Virus record (IMG/VR): IMGVR_UViG_3300025603_001562
Direction: 5' to 3' (one strand)
Origin: an uncultured virus (IMG/VR IMGVR_UViG_3300025603_001562)
Lineage: Duplodnaviria; Heunggongvirae; Uroviricota; Caudoviricetes
DNA length: 64,000 nucleotides
Shown here: piece after piece, positions 10,292 to 20,253 of the stretch
Numbering within the stretch: position 1 is the first letter of the stretch
Layout: the number at the start of each line of letters is the position of its first letter
Position numbers and translations under genes: made by a program
Notes under the pieces: generated by a model
Database searches by the model: none
The model's input: the letters and a program-made list of their open reading frames with translations, nothing else
What the model was told of the DNA's origin: nothing

Positions 10292-12487
10292 TTAAAATTC
10301 TAATTTCAATTGGAGCACTTTCCATTCTCCGCTACCTTTTCGAATAGGGCGCGTCGGTTTCCCGACAGCTACAAGTTCTCCATCAGAATTTAGTACTCCT
10401 ATTTCTGTAATGTATGTGTTGTCATTTTTTTCTGCATCGAATGAAGAATTCTGTGAGCTGTTTAATTCTCCGCCCTCAACAACTAAAGTGATGTACGTAT
10501 CATATCGCACTTTCTTTTTAGCAGTCTTAATATTTCCAAAGAAGTGATTTTCTGAACCCAAAGCTAATCCGTTATTTTTTTCATCATTGTAAAGATTAAA
10601 ATAGTCATGCAACTCGTATATGTTTCTGGTTGAGCCACTTAAAAGGAGAGGCATTGTGTCGCCAGATGTTATATCGGCTTGCGAAACAATGAACTCAGCG
10701 TTGTAAAGCTGGGACGGCTCAATTAAGCTTGAGCTTGCATGTCCAAAAGAAAACACTCCTGCAGGGTCTTGGTTTTGCGCATTTTTGTTCAAGCTTGAAC
10801 AACCAGACCACTTTCCAGGATGCAAGCTATCTGCACCTCCGTCCCTGTTTACAGGTACTTCTTGAACTAATATTTGAACTTTACTAGCTCCCCAGCCTGT
10901 TCCTGAGAATGATTCAAACGTTTGACTGTTTCTCATGTACGGAAGCTGGCCCTGAGGAAAAGTTCCTTTAAGGTGTTTGTGGTATCCATTTTCGTCCGTG
11001 TGACCGCTTAGTTTTTGAACATAACCACAGTGCATGTAATAGTGATGCCCAAAATTTCTACCTTCAAGATAAGCGTTTGAGCTCAGTTCTCCCAATTCAC
11101 CTGGGCTCATGTAATAGGTCATGTAGTAGTTATGATTACTTTTCATAAACCCAGGCTTCTTGCCAGTGTCGAACTGAGGCTTAGGGCTTGACACAGAAGA
11201 GAAATTCATTGGCGGAAGTGTCCAGTTTCTATTTGACTTATATGACAACGCCGTCAATAGTTCTGGGTCTGTTAAAACAATCGTTTTAAGGTCGTAGTAA
11301 ACTCGACCAACTGTTAATGGACTTCCTGTAACAGCGTCACGAAGGAGTGTATATGATGTTCCCGCTTTTTTATCTTGATAGATAGTACTTCCGTAATCTG
11401 TAAATCTATGGCCAGAGCTTATAGCTGTTCCACTTATGAAAAGATTCCCGCTTTCATCTGTGGCTCTGTGCCAAAGTAAATCAGGGATGTCTACCTCAGT
11501 GGCGCCTGGAATTATGGAATCCCAGTAGGTTTGACCTGATGATTCATTGGAGTAATGCAAGAAGCCTACTTGTCTTTGATTTTCATCAAAGTCAAACATT
11601 TCTTTTGCCCCTGCGTATGGAACAGAGCCGTAGTTGGTGTAGCTATGGCCTATGTTCCCTCCTACAGCTTTTCTTTTGTGTCCAATTTCCCTTGATGTTC
11701 TTACGATGTTTAAATTCCAAACAGGGCAATTTACTGTTACGGCGGAGCCATAGTAGTTATCTACGGCGTCAAATTCATAGACAAAATATGGTAGAGGCTT
11801 GTCTTGCCCAGACTGAGCAGCAATAAAAGGAGGGTTTCGGTCTAAAGTTCTCCTGCCTGAAGAAATTTCATTTGTTACGCGATACCATTTAGAAATCATT
11901 GCCACGTCGTTATAGCGAGCATTTGACATCCCTAAGAACCCATTAGCGGTGTTAATAGACGTGGTAGTGCGTAAATACAACAGCTGACCCAATTTTGGCA
12001 ATACTCCAGCTAGAAGGTTGGAGGTACCAAAAACGAAGTCAATAGCTCCTTCTTGTATGCTTGTGCTGTTTGAGCCTGAGTAAACCCAGTTATTTTTTAG
12101 CAGGTATCGCCCAATCTTGTGTTTGTTACCATTCGTTAATGCGCTCCAAAATCCTACAGAATCCGTTTGAGCAGTTGTTGTCTCGTTTTTTACGTGCACT
12201 CTTGAGTTTAGCGAGTAAGGTTGAGAGCCGTCATAATTTATTGGACTTAGAGCAGGGTGGTCATCTTTTGGTGAAAAAATGCTGTTTCCACTTAAAGCTA
12301 GTTCGGTGCCGCTATTTGGGTTTAGATTCCAAAGCGTATCATACCTACGGTCAAAAGAGTAGTTTGTTTCTCTATCCGATAACACGGCTTGGTCGAAAGT
12401 CAAGTTACCTTGAGCCAGTCGTCTTCGTCCTGTGTCGGTTAGTTTTATGTTTATGTACGTGTTGTCGTCCTGAGTGAGAAATGACAT
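10292..12487 (-). CDS. Baseplate/tail structural protein, paralogue B
   Basis: Same ends as paralogue A plus shared internal blocks CPVWNLNIVRTSREIG and TDPELLTA.SYK; ATG start chosen at 12487. Confidence 0.72.
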   Translation of the reverse strand: MSFLTQDDNTYINIKLTDTGRRRLAQGNLTFDQAVLSDRETNYSFDRRYDTLWNLNPNSGTELALSGNSIFSPKDDHPALSPINYDGSQPYSLNSRVHVKNETTTAQTDSVGFWSALTNGNKHKIGRYLLKNNWVYSGSNSTSIQEGAIDFVFGTSNLLAGVLPKLGQLLYLRTTTSINTANGFLGMSNARYNDVAMISKWYRVTNEISSGRRTLDRNPPFIAAQSGQDKPLPYFVYEFDAVDNYYGSAVTVNCPVWNLNIVRTSREIGHKRKAVGGNIGHSYTNYGSVPYAGAKEMFDFDENQRQVGFLHYSNESSGQTYWDSIIPGATEVDIPDLLWHRATDESGNLFISGTAISSGHRFTDYGSTIYQDKKAGTSYTLLRDAVTGSPLTVGRVYYDLKTIVLTDPELLTALSYKSNRNWTLPPMNFSSVSSPKPQFDTGKKPGFMKSNHNYYMTYYMSPGELGELSSNAYLEGRNFGHHYYMHCGYVQKLSGHTDENGYHKHLKGTFPQGQLPYMRNSQTFESFSGTGWGASKVQILVQEVPVNRDGGADSLHPGKWSGCSSLNKNAQNQDPAGVFSFGHASSSLIEPSQLYNAEFIVSQADITSGDTMPLLLSGSTRNIYELHDYFNLYNDEKNNGLALGSENHFFGNIKTAKKKVRYDTYITLVVEGGELNSSQNSSFDAEKNDNTYITEIGVLNSDGELVAVGKPTRPIRKGSGEWKVLQLKLEF

Positions 12488-12599
12488 CAAATTGTTTTAC
12501 TGATAAATAATCATCCAAAAAATAACACAGAGTGTTTCTAAAGTAAATGCACATTGAGGTTAGAATCTTTTTGATTAATATTTATTGAAAAGACATTCA

Positions 12600-15017
12600 A
12601 TGCCTATTTTCGAACCAAACACAGCAGATACGATTTCTGTAAACTTCCGCCCAGGACAGGATTTCAGGGATTTCCCTACACAATCCCAGTCAGTGTTCAC
12701 GTTTGGCGACTACAGAGTCACGAGAAATCCAAGCACAGACATTGTTAATGGGGATACTCAAGGACTCCGATTTGATGGGTATGAGTCTCTTTCTAGTCTT
12801 AATGTTTCTGGGTTTTCTAGAAACAATTCTGTATTTGTGTCATCTCGTGAACTTAATTTAAAAAAGAAAGACCCGTCTAACTACGCGTATTTTCAAACTC
12901 TTAAGTTAGACATCGCCACATCTTTGGATAATTCGATTACAGCGTGGCCATATGCTGTGGCATCTATCCAAAAAGAATCTGCTGGAGTAACGGCATATGA
13001 GTACACAGCTGTTACCACGGGTACCACAGCCTCTTATTGCAAGTTTAAGGTGCCATACTCTGCTTTAACTAACCAAGGCGGTGTAATTCTTAACTCAGGC
13101 TCTACAATTACAGGAAGAAGCCTTTTAATGGATACACAGGACTATGTTATTCAGCTTAGCGGTGTAACGTTATACGATAATCCTTTACATGTAATATCCG
13201 CATACACATTTTCAGCTGGAACATACTTAGAATTTACTTTAGAAACGCTTTTATTTACTGGGTCAACAGACACAGAACAAACAGCTGCTATATGGATTCG
13301 CCCAACTGATAGAATTCTAAAGAGCTTTTATAAAGACAGGACTCCTCTGGAGAATCACATATTAACAAGCGGAGCATGGAGGCATCAAAACCCGCAGTTC
13401 GATGACGGAAACTACATCACAACCACATACACATGGCCTAAAAATATTGATGGCTTCAACATTGACATAAACACAGCGGGGTACGTAACTTACCAGGACA
13501 ACCTTCTCACCTTAGCTGAATTGCTAGATTGTGAGAAAACCGATATTATGATGCGAACTATGATTCCAGAAAATTACTTGGACTTAGATTCTGCCGACTC
13601 TCTTTACAGAAGAACAATCCAAACCTACGCTCACCAGTTTGACGAAATAAAACGTTACATCGATGGAATATCTTATGCTCACACAGTTGAATATGATGGG
13701 GAGTGTAGTGTTCCAGACAAGTTTATGTTTAAATTAGCTGAACTTCTTGGATGGAAGTTAACCAGCGGTTTTAACGAACTAGACCTTTTGGAGTACCTCG
13801 CTACAAGCGTCGGGTCCACAGGGAGCCCTAAGAAAGAGTACGACCTTCAGCTTTGGAGGAGAATGATGGTGAATCTAACTTGGTTGTTTAAACGAAAAGG
13901 AACACGAGATGCTATGCAGTTTATTTTTAAACTAATTGGTGCACCAGACTGTATGATTCGAATTGAAGAGTTTGTATACGACATCAATAAAGCAATTATT
14001 ACAGGCTCCACGGGAACTATTTTAGAGCTGCAACTGAATAATAAAATTAACGAGCACGGTTACATCAATTATGATGATTCCAATTTTGCTTTTCAAGAAG
14101 GCGGCATGGGTCGTGGAAATGGAGATAAATACATAAATCAGTGGAGAACTGAGTTTGACCCCATTGCTAGAATTGATAACATTAAAATCCAAACAGGGGC
14201 AACAATAAATTGGGGTTCTGAAAACATAATGAATTCCAAGGAGTTGATTGTAGGAATCGACCCCGCTCAAGCTATTGAGTGTGATTTGCATGAATATTAC
14301 CAACTAAGCGGAACGTGTTGGGTGTGGGGCTCTGGAGACCCATTTCAGTTTTCCAACTTAAATGTTCCATTTGAATGGACTATTGAGGATTGCAGTAAAG
14401 TAAACCCTGGAAACATAACGGGAATGACGCTCGCGCAATGGACTGATTTTATTTATAAATCAAATGTAGACCCCGTCAACAGGAAGACGTCTAATGCGCA
14501 CAATGGTGGATACCACTACCATAAATTGCGAGAAATATATATGCATTACTATAAGATGACAACCCCTGACCCAAATCAAATTGGATTTGGGAAATTAGAA
14601 AAGTTTCTAGAGCTAATAGAGGTCCAGTTTTACTGTGCGGCGGAACAATTGATTCCCGCAACTTCTATTCTAGAGGCTTTTGGTACGATTTATAGAAATA
14701 CAGTATTTAATAGACAGAAATTTGTTTATCCTGTTGGCATAAATGCTGGTTCTGAATTTCAGATAGCAGTGCCTTTGTCTCCTGATAATCAACTTTATCC
14801 TATTCGAGTTACTAATACTGTTAACGACATTATAACAATGTCAGGAACTCCCTGGGCCTTAACGTCGCAGGTTGTAGCAGAGATAAAGCTGGATTTATGT
14901 CCAGTCACATTAAACATTGGAGCAAACGTTGATTTAGTCCAGTCTCAAATTGATACATTTGAAATTGAAGTTGAAGTTGATGATTTTGTTGAAGATATAG
15001 AAATAATTGATGGCTAA
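12600..15017 (+). CDS. Baseplate wedge protein (P2 gpI / T4 gp7-like)
   Basis: VPDKFMFKLAELLGW...WLFKRKGTRDAMQFIFKLIG; ATG at 12600 follows a late motif. Confidence 0.7.
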   Translation: MPIFEPNTADTISVNFRPGQDFRDFPTQSQSVFTFGDYRVTRNPSTDIVNGDTQGLRFDGYESLSSLNVSGFSRNNSVFVSSRELNLKKKDPSNYAYFQTLKLDIATSLDNSITAWPYAVASIQKESAGVTAYEYTAVTTGTTASYCKFKVPYSALTNQGGVILNSGSTITGRSLLMDTQDYVIQLSGVTLYDNPLHVISAYTFSAGTYLEFTLETLLFTGSTDTEQTAAIWIRPTDRILKSFYKDRTPLENHILTSGAWRHQNPQFDDGNYITTTYTWPKNIDGFNIDINTAGYVTYQDNLLTLAELLDCEKTDIMMRTMIPENYLDLDSADSLYRRTIQTYAHQFDEIKRYIDGISYAHTVEYDGECSVPDKFMFKLAELLGWKLTSGFNELDLLEYLATSVGSTGSPKKEYDLQLWRRMMVNLTWLFKRKGTRDAMQFIFKLIGAPDCMIRIEEFVYDINKAIITGSTGTILELQLNNKINEHGYINYDDSNFAFQEGGMGRGNGDKYINQWRTEFDPIARIDNIKIQTGATINWGSENIMNSKELIVGIDPAQAIECDLHEYYQLSGTCWVWGSGDPFQFSNLNVPFEWTIEDCSKVNPGNITGMTLAQWTDFIYKSNVDPVNRKTSNAHNGGYHYHKLREIYMHYYKMTTPDPNQIGFGKLEKFLELIEVQFYCAAEQLIPATSILEAFGTIYRNTVFNRQKFVYPVGINAGSEFQIAVPLSPDNQLYPIRVTNTVNDIITMSGTPWALTSQVVAEIKLDLCPVTLNIGANVDLVQSQIDTFEIEVEVDDFVEDIEIIDG

Positions 15018-16257
15018 GAAAAACGATACAAATATTGCTAGAATAAGGAATGGTGTAATTCAAAAAACCAAAACCTCAAAAACCTCTGGTACTAAATCTA
15101 CTAAGGGTCAATCTTTCTATGCCAATACTCACTTAAACCATAAAGCATCAGTCAGTGATGTGTTTGAGTTCGATGCGCCTGTTTACAGCGCAATTACAGC
15201 AGGAACTCTTCTTTTTGCAGGTCAGACCAATAAGTCAATTTTTGAACTCTACGGCAGGCCTCAAATAAAGTTTGCATTTTCAGCAAACAATGCTGTATTT
15301 TTGTCAGAGAACTACTTAGGAATGAGTCATGATATATACAAAGTTCCTTATACGGAAATTCTAAAGTATAGAGAGGTTCCAAGTCAGGAAAATTACGATA
15401 TTGTAAAAGGAAGAATAGCTCAGCCTTTTATTTCATTTTCAGCATCAACAGCTATAACTACCACACTTACTAGCGAAGCCGTTCCATATGTGTTTTCGCC
15501 CGAACAAATAGATAAACCACTTAAAGGCAGGTCTGAAGAGATATTTGAGGACAAAGCAATGTATTTTTTCAATACTCGTCACGCTTTCAGAGAAGTCTTG
15601 AATACATATAAAAATGTAATTGGGATGAACGAAAAAAGCTTAAATTACAATCGGCTTCCGTCTTTCAAAACATTTGGTGATGAAAATATTATTGAATCTG
15701 GTTCTTGGAGCGGATTAACAGCTAAAGGGCTTTTCTTCACTTGTTTTTACCCGCCCTCTGTTCCTAAAGTGGAAAGCCCTAGACCTGAAAGCTATTCAGC
15801 AGAAACATTTACTCCAGAATTCTTTTTCTCTAATGTGTCTGATGGGGATGAGTACTTGATAGAAATTACTTATCAAGCAGTTAATAGTGGGTTTACTATA
15901 TCTAGCGCCACTTCTAAGTATTTCTACTCCAAAGCGGAAACAAACAATAGCACAAGACGTGTAGCAAACGTTGAGAAAACATCGTTCATCTCAGAGACAA
16001 CAAGAAGAGCTTCTGTTCCTTTGGTTCCAGGTTCAACATATTATTATCGGTTAGGAAATGTGAAATATGTTGTAAATCTGTTTGGAGTTAAACAGTCTAT
16101 TATTTCATACACAGAGGCAACTCAGAGTCAAGTGTACTCTGGCCAGACAATTGGTTATATTGTGGATTCTCCAGCTGACTCTTCTGCGCCAAGCGAAGGT
16201 ACAGGGGGTTCTGGGACTCAGACTACAGAATACGAAGGCTTGCCTCCTCAGAGGTGA
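15010..16257 (+). CDS. Putative virion protein with a C-terminal FN3-like beta-sandwich
   Basis: Overlaps the wedge-gene stop; LVPGSTYYYRLG resembles an FN3 strand. Confidence 0.55.
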   Translation: MAKKNDTNIARIRNGVIQKTKTSKTSGTKSTKGQSFYANTHLNHKASVSDVFEFDAPVYSAITAGTLLFAGQTNKSIFELYGRPQIKFAFSANNAVFLSENYLGMSHDIYKVPYTEILKYREVPSQENYDIVKGRIAQPFISFSASTAITTTLTSEAVPYVFSPEQIDKPLKGRSEEIFEDKAMYFFNTRHAFREVLNTYKNVIGMNEKSLNYNRLPSFKTFGDENIIESGSWSGLTAKGLFFTCFYPPSVPKVESPRPESYSAETFTPEFFFSNVSDGDEYLIEITYQAVNSGFTISSATSKYFYSKAETNNSTRRVANVEKTSFISETTRRASVPLVPGSTYYYRLGNVKYVVNLFGVKQSIISYTEATQSQVYSGQTIGYIVDSPADSSAPSEGTGGSGTQTTEYEGLPPQR

Positions 16258-17130
16258 TTAGGAGTTTTGAACGTCGTCAAACGTTTGATTGAAGTCGATA
16301 TTTCTGACTTCTCTCTTAATGTCAATCTCGCCAGTTCCAAACTGATTCTTCTTAGTGAGAAGACTGTATTGTCTCCAAAGATTCCCTTGTTCATCAAAGT
16401 AAGATAGTCGCCCAGTAAGATTGTCTCGGATAGAGTTCCCTGTGAGAACTCTGCCAAGGGTTTTAAGATTTTGGTCCACCATTTCGACTTCAATCATAAC
16501 TGGGTCAAAGAAAGTGTTAGAGATTAAAATCGACTGACCAGCACTTCCAAGGCTTGGTTGTTGAGCATTGGATATTAAAGTGTTTTCGTCTGGCGTGACC
16601 GTCAAGAATAAACTTGTTCCATTCTGGTCTAACACATAAGATGTAGAGCTTGAGTTTGAGCTGGATGAATTCACAGATACATTTACCAAGTCGCTGGAAG
16701 TAACAATGCGGTGAAAGTTTTTTATTTTTATTCCGTTCTCGTCAATATACTCAAGGCGGTACCCAATTAAGCTTCCTGTGTCTTGAAAGTTTAATTTTGG
16801 AATAATTATTCCTTTTTTAGACATTTGTATTTCAGTGTCTGTATTGGTCACAACGATTGAACAATCAATTATTTGAGTTTGAAATGTCTTTGGTTTGATG
16901 ATTACTGTATAAAAACCAAGCTTATTAAAAATAGTAGCGGGGAGGCGAAGTTTATATGACCCGTCTGCGCCAATCATTTTTCGGAACTCGCTTTCTGTAA
17001 TAGAACCAAAAAGAGGTTTAAATTGTAAATCTCCTACGACTTCATGAGAAGGCGTGAATGCATACAAGATGTCCACGTCATTAAAATCGACTGATGCAAG
17101 TGTTTTTGTTCCGTAAAGTCCTGTTGCCAT
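16258..17130 (-). CDS. Putative virion structural protein
   Basis: 290-aa ORF with its own late motif, in structural context. Confidence 0.6.
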   Translation of the reverse strand: MATGLYGTKTLASVDFNDVDILYAFTPSHEVVGDLQFKPLFGSITESEFRKMIGADGSYKLRLPATIFNKLGFYTVIIKPKTFQTQIIDCSIVVTNTDTEIQMSKKGIIIPKLNFQDTGSLIGYRLEYIDENGIKIKNFHRIVTSSDLVNVSVNSSSSNSSSTSYVLDQNGTSLFLTVTPDENTLISNAQQPSLGSAGQSILISNTFFDPVMIEVEMVDQNLKTLGRVLTGNSIRDNLTGRLSYFDEQGNLWRQYSLLTKKNQFGTGEIDIKREVRNIDFNQTFDDVQNS

Positions 17131-17205
17131 GATTCTTATTTTCTATAAATAGTGACGCTGAATTATCTTTCTATGTCTACGTCGAATTTGGTGGATAAAA
17201 TATTT

Positions 17206-18960
17206 TTACCCGTCTGTTCCATCGTCAATTGGAGATGCGATTTCAAACGGGATTCCTGTCCATAGTGGAGACATGTAACTTGTATTTGCTCCTCCACACA
17301 CGGGGTTGAAATCATTGAATTTTATAAATTCAAATCCTCCATAATCAGTTTCAGACTCTGTGTCATCTAATAATATAGCTCCAAGCACTCTAATATTGTA
17401 TACATTTTCTTCTCCACTGAATTCATTTGTGCATAAGCTGCCGTTGTATCTGGTTAAAACTGATACGTAATATCCAGCTAGATAGTCTTTGTTGACTTGG
17501 GATTCAAAAACATTGCCGTAATTAGTGAATTCGAAAGTCCCTATCTCGACTTCCCCGCCGCTCCCGTTTTTAAGAACGAAGCCATGTGAGTACATATTGT
17601 CTCCGTCTGGGTTTGTATATCCTTCATTGTTGTATTTAATGTTGATGCTGTATAAGGATTGAGCGTAAAGCCTCTCGATGGCCTCTGTTCCTGTTTGAGG
17701 AATGATTTCACCAGCCTCAATTAGCTGAGAGTTTGATGGCAGCGAAATTTCAAAATCTACGCCACTTACTGGGACTTCAAAAGTTCCTCCTGGCTGCACT
17801 AAGGTATTATCCCATAAAATATCAAATTCTCCGTTATTTGTTATCTTTAAAGAAATGTCATCTAACCCACCGTTGAATGATGGCCCAAACCTGTATGTGG
17901 GGAAATTATCATAATTGGCTTCTGCAAAACCATTTTCTTCATTGCTAACATTTTCTAAGTACACATTTCCGTATTTCAGAGCCCATCCATTCTGTGTCTC
18001 GTTTAAGTCTTGTGGGATTTCGCTAGAAACTGGGCTTCTTAACTGGAGCTGGCCGCCTATTGTTGGTCCTTTTTGTCTATAAAAGTCTCCAAAATTTATC
18101 GTTGTCCATCTTCTGTTTATAGAGAGCGAATTGTTTTCCACATACATTAGTGCGTTTTTATAAGCTCCTTGATTTGTATCTAACTCCACTTTTATAGTGT
18201 TTTCTATTGTGACAACTATGACTGGAGAAGTGTTTAAAACAGAGTTTGCTATATTTTCAATAAGCACATCTTTTGTCTGTTCTCCAATCTCAAATTGAAC
18301 AGGTATGGATGTTATTAAGCCTGCAAATCTCCCATCAAAATTAGGTGTACTAAGTCGATAGAGTTTTACGCTTAAACGTTCGACTCCGCCCTCAGACTGA
18401 TTGTTTAAGCCAAGTTTTAATGTAACGGGGCTGTCTGTATCATAGAAGTAGCTCAGATATTGAGTTATTCCATTTGACAAGAGAGAGCTGTCTTCTGTCT
18501 CTAAGAAAGAAACTTTGTTAAATATTGTTTCATCCTCAATGACAACTGTTATTGTAGAGTTTGATTCTTTTGGTAAACAATTTATTGCTCCAACCAAAGC
18601 TAAACTGAAATCTTCGTCTCTTCCGACTTCTAGCTCAAAATCTTTTTTAAGCTCCACAAACACAGTTTTGATTTGCTCTCCCTCTGCCCAATTTAAAACA
18701 ATTGGCAAGTTTATCCCTACGTCTTCAAGTCCAGCTGCGCCAGGAATAAATACCACACTGACGCTTTCTCTCCCTTTTTCAGAAGAAGCAAGTAGTGATA
18801 CATCTATCCTAATGGAGGTGTTCTCTGGAGCTCGTCTAAATGTTTCTGTAAAAAACACAGTCGGAACCTTTGTCTCTGAATAGAGAAAATTCTCATTTAA
18901 CTCCAGGTTTGTATCTACGAAACACTGTAGTATTGTTGATATCTTATTTGACTCCTCCAT
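17206..18960 (-). CDS. Acidic virion protein with Calx-beta-like repeats
   Basis: LNWAEGEQIKTVFVELKKDFELE..EDFSLAL and VQFEIGEQTKDVLI. Confidence 0.65.
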   Translation of the reverse strand: MEESNKISTILQCFVDTNLELNENFLYSETKVPTVFFTETFRRAPENTSIRIDVSLLASSEKGRESVSVVFIPGAAGLEDVGINLPIVLNWAEGEQIKTVFVELKKDFELEVGRDEDFSLALVGAINCLPKESNSTITVVIEDETIFNKVSFLETEDSSLLSNGITQYLSYFYDTDSPVTLKLGLNNQSEGGVERLSVKLYRLSTPNFDGRFAGLITSIPVQFEIGEQTKDVLIENIANSVLNTSPVIVVTIENTIKVELDTNQGAYKNALMYVENNSLSINRRWTTINFGDFYRQKGPTIGGQLQLRSPVSSEIPQDLNETQNGWALKYGNVYLENVSNEENGFAEANYDNFPTYRFGPSFNGGLDDISLKITNNGEFDILWDNTLVQPGGTFEVPVSGVDFEISLPSNSQLIEAGEIIPQTGTEAIERLYAQSLYSINIKYNNEGYTNPDGDNMYSHGFVLKNGSGGEVEIGTFEFTNYGNVFESQVNKDYLAGYYVSVLTRYNGSLCTNEFSGEENVYNIRVLGAILLDDTESETDYGGFEFIKFNDFNPVCGGANTSYMSPLWTGIPFEIASPIDDGTDG

Positions 18961-19709
18961 TATCTTTCTTCTGAGGTTTCAGGGCTGGATAGACTGCTTC
19001 CAGCTGCATTTGTTTCAATAGGAAGCTCTTCTCCAGTGGGGTTTATTAGATTTAAAAATGTTCTCACCATTTCTCCAGACTGAATATCTGTCAAGCCTTG
19101 CGATGTTAAATAGTGCTCTACTGGGTTAAGTCTTGAATCTACGTAGTCGTTGCAAACTTTAAATTTACTTCTAGGCAATTGACTGTGGCTAAAGTTTAAT
19201 TTTACAGGGATATAATAGCTGTCTTGAATGTTTATTGGGACAAGCTCTTCTCTAGGTGTGTCAATTCTTATTTGGCTCAAAAGACTTTCAGGGAGCCCTG
19301 TCATTGGTTTTGTTGTAACATCTCCTTCCCACTTAAACCATCCATCATTCACGATTATTGAGATAGTGTTTGCAAGAGATTCATCGATAGCTGCCGTAAC
19401 AGACACTTGTTGCCCCTGAAGTTCTGATTCAAAAAATTTATTAAACACCGCTTGAAGCTTTGAGTCGTCATAAAATATTTCCAGAAACTCAGCCTCAGTT
19501 GTGGCTCCTTTAATAAATACAATGAACTGGTCAATAATAAGCTGATTCTGGGGGTCGTTTAGATAAGCGCGTACATTGAACTCACTGGTCAACCCGCCGC
19601 CTAAGTTTTGAGTATAGACATAATAGTTGTTTTGCAGGTCAAGGCCGCTATTGACGACTGGTCCATTTGTTTTAAATCTTTTGTTTATAATTATGTTGTG
19701 CTTCTGCAT
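18960..19709 (-). CDS. Hypothetical protein (structural module)
   Basis: 249-aa ORF with TAATG coupling on both sides. Confidence 0.65.
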   Translation of the reverse strand: MQKHNIIINKRFKTNGPVVNSGLDLQNNYYVYTQNLGGGLTSEFNVRAYLNDPQNQLIIDQFIVFIKGATTEAEFLEIFYDDSKLQAVFNKFFESELQGQQVSVTAAIDESLANTISIIVNDGWFKWEGDVTTKPMTGLPESLLSQIRIDTPREELVPINIQDSYYIPVKLNFSHSQLPRSKFKVCNDYVDSRLNPVEHYLTSQGLTDIQSGEMVRTFLNLINPTGEELPIETNAAGSSLSSPETSEER

Positions 19710-20230
19710 TATCTATTAATAGCTGTTTTCAATACCTCTGCTTTTGAGATAATGTTGGTTAGATTTATCTGAGCCTTTTCTATGTCATATATCGTTGTGT
19801 CGCTCCCAAGCACACTTGCCCACGGCAGCTCATTTCTCCCTCCAGAGTCGAACCAGTTTTTTAATTCATCATCACTTAAAAACGATACATCAAATCTTAC
19901 ACTTCGAATAAAGTTTAATTGAGAAAAACTTAAATCTTCTCCATTGTTGACTTTGTTTCTGGCGATGTCATCGAAAAAGCCGTATTCCAAAAAGTATGGA
20001 TTTATTTCTTGCCTTGGGATTTTTTTTATACCAGTGTCAATTTGTGTGTCAACATACTCATGTATCTCAAACGTTTGATTGAGGTTTACATTGATGTAAA
20101 AATCAAACTCAGGCCGCATACCTAAGCTTCTAGTTGAGACTTGAAACACGCCGTAGCCTTGAGTGAAGGCTGAACTCGGCCTCACGTCTATGTATATTTG
20201 AGTTTTTACTATGTCGTTTTGATATGTCAT
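19709..20230 (-). CDS. Hypothetical protein (structural module)
   Basis: 173-aa ORF with late motif upstream. Confidence 0.65.
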   Translation of the reverse strand: MTYQNDIVKTQIYIDVRPSSAFTQGYGVFQVSTRSLGMRPEFDFYINVNLNQTFEIHEYVDTQIDTGIKKIPRQEINPYFLEYGFFDDIARNKVNNGEDLSFSQLNFIRSVRFDVSFLSDDELKNWFDSGGRNELPWASVLGSDTTIYDIEKAQINLTNIISKAEVLKTAINR

Positions 20231-20253
20231 CTATTATAAATAACCTGTTTCAA

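Noticed and set aside
8153..12487. Diversity-generating retroelement or invertible tail-fibre switch
   Set aside because: The paralogues are diverged throughout, with no near-identical template/variable repeat, reverse transcriptase or invertase in the window.
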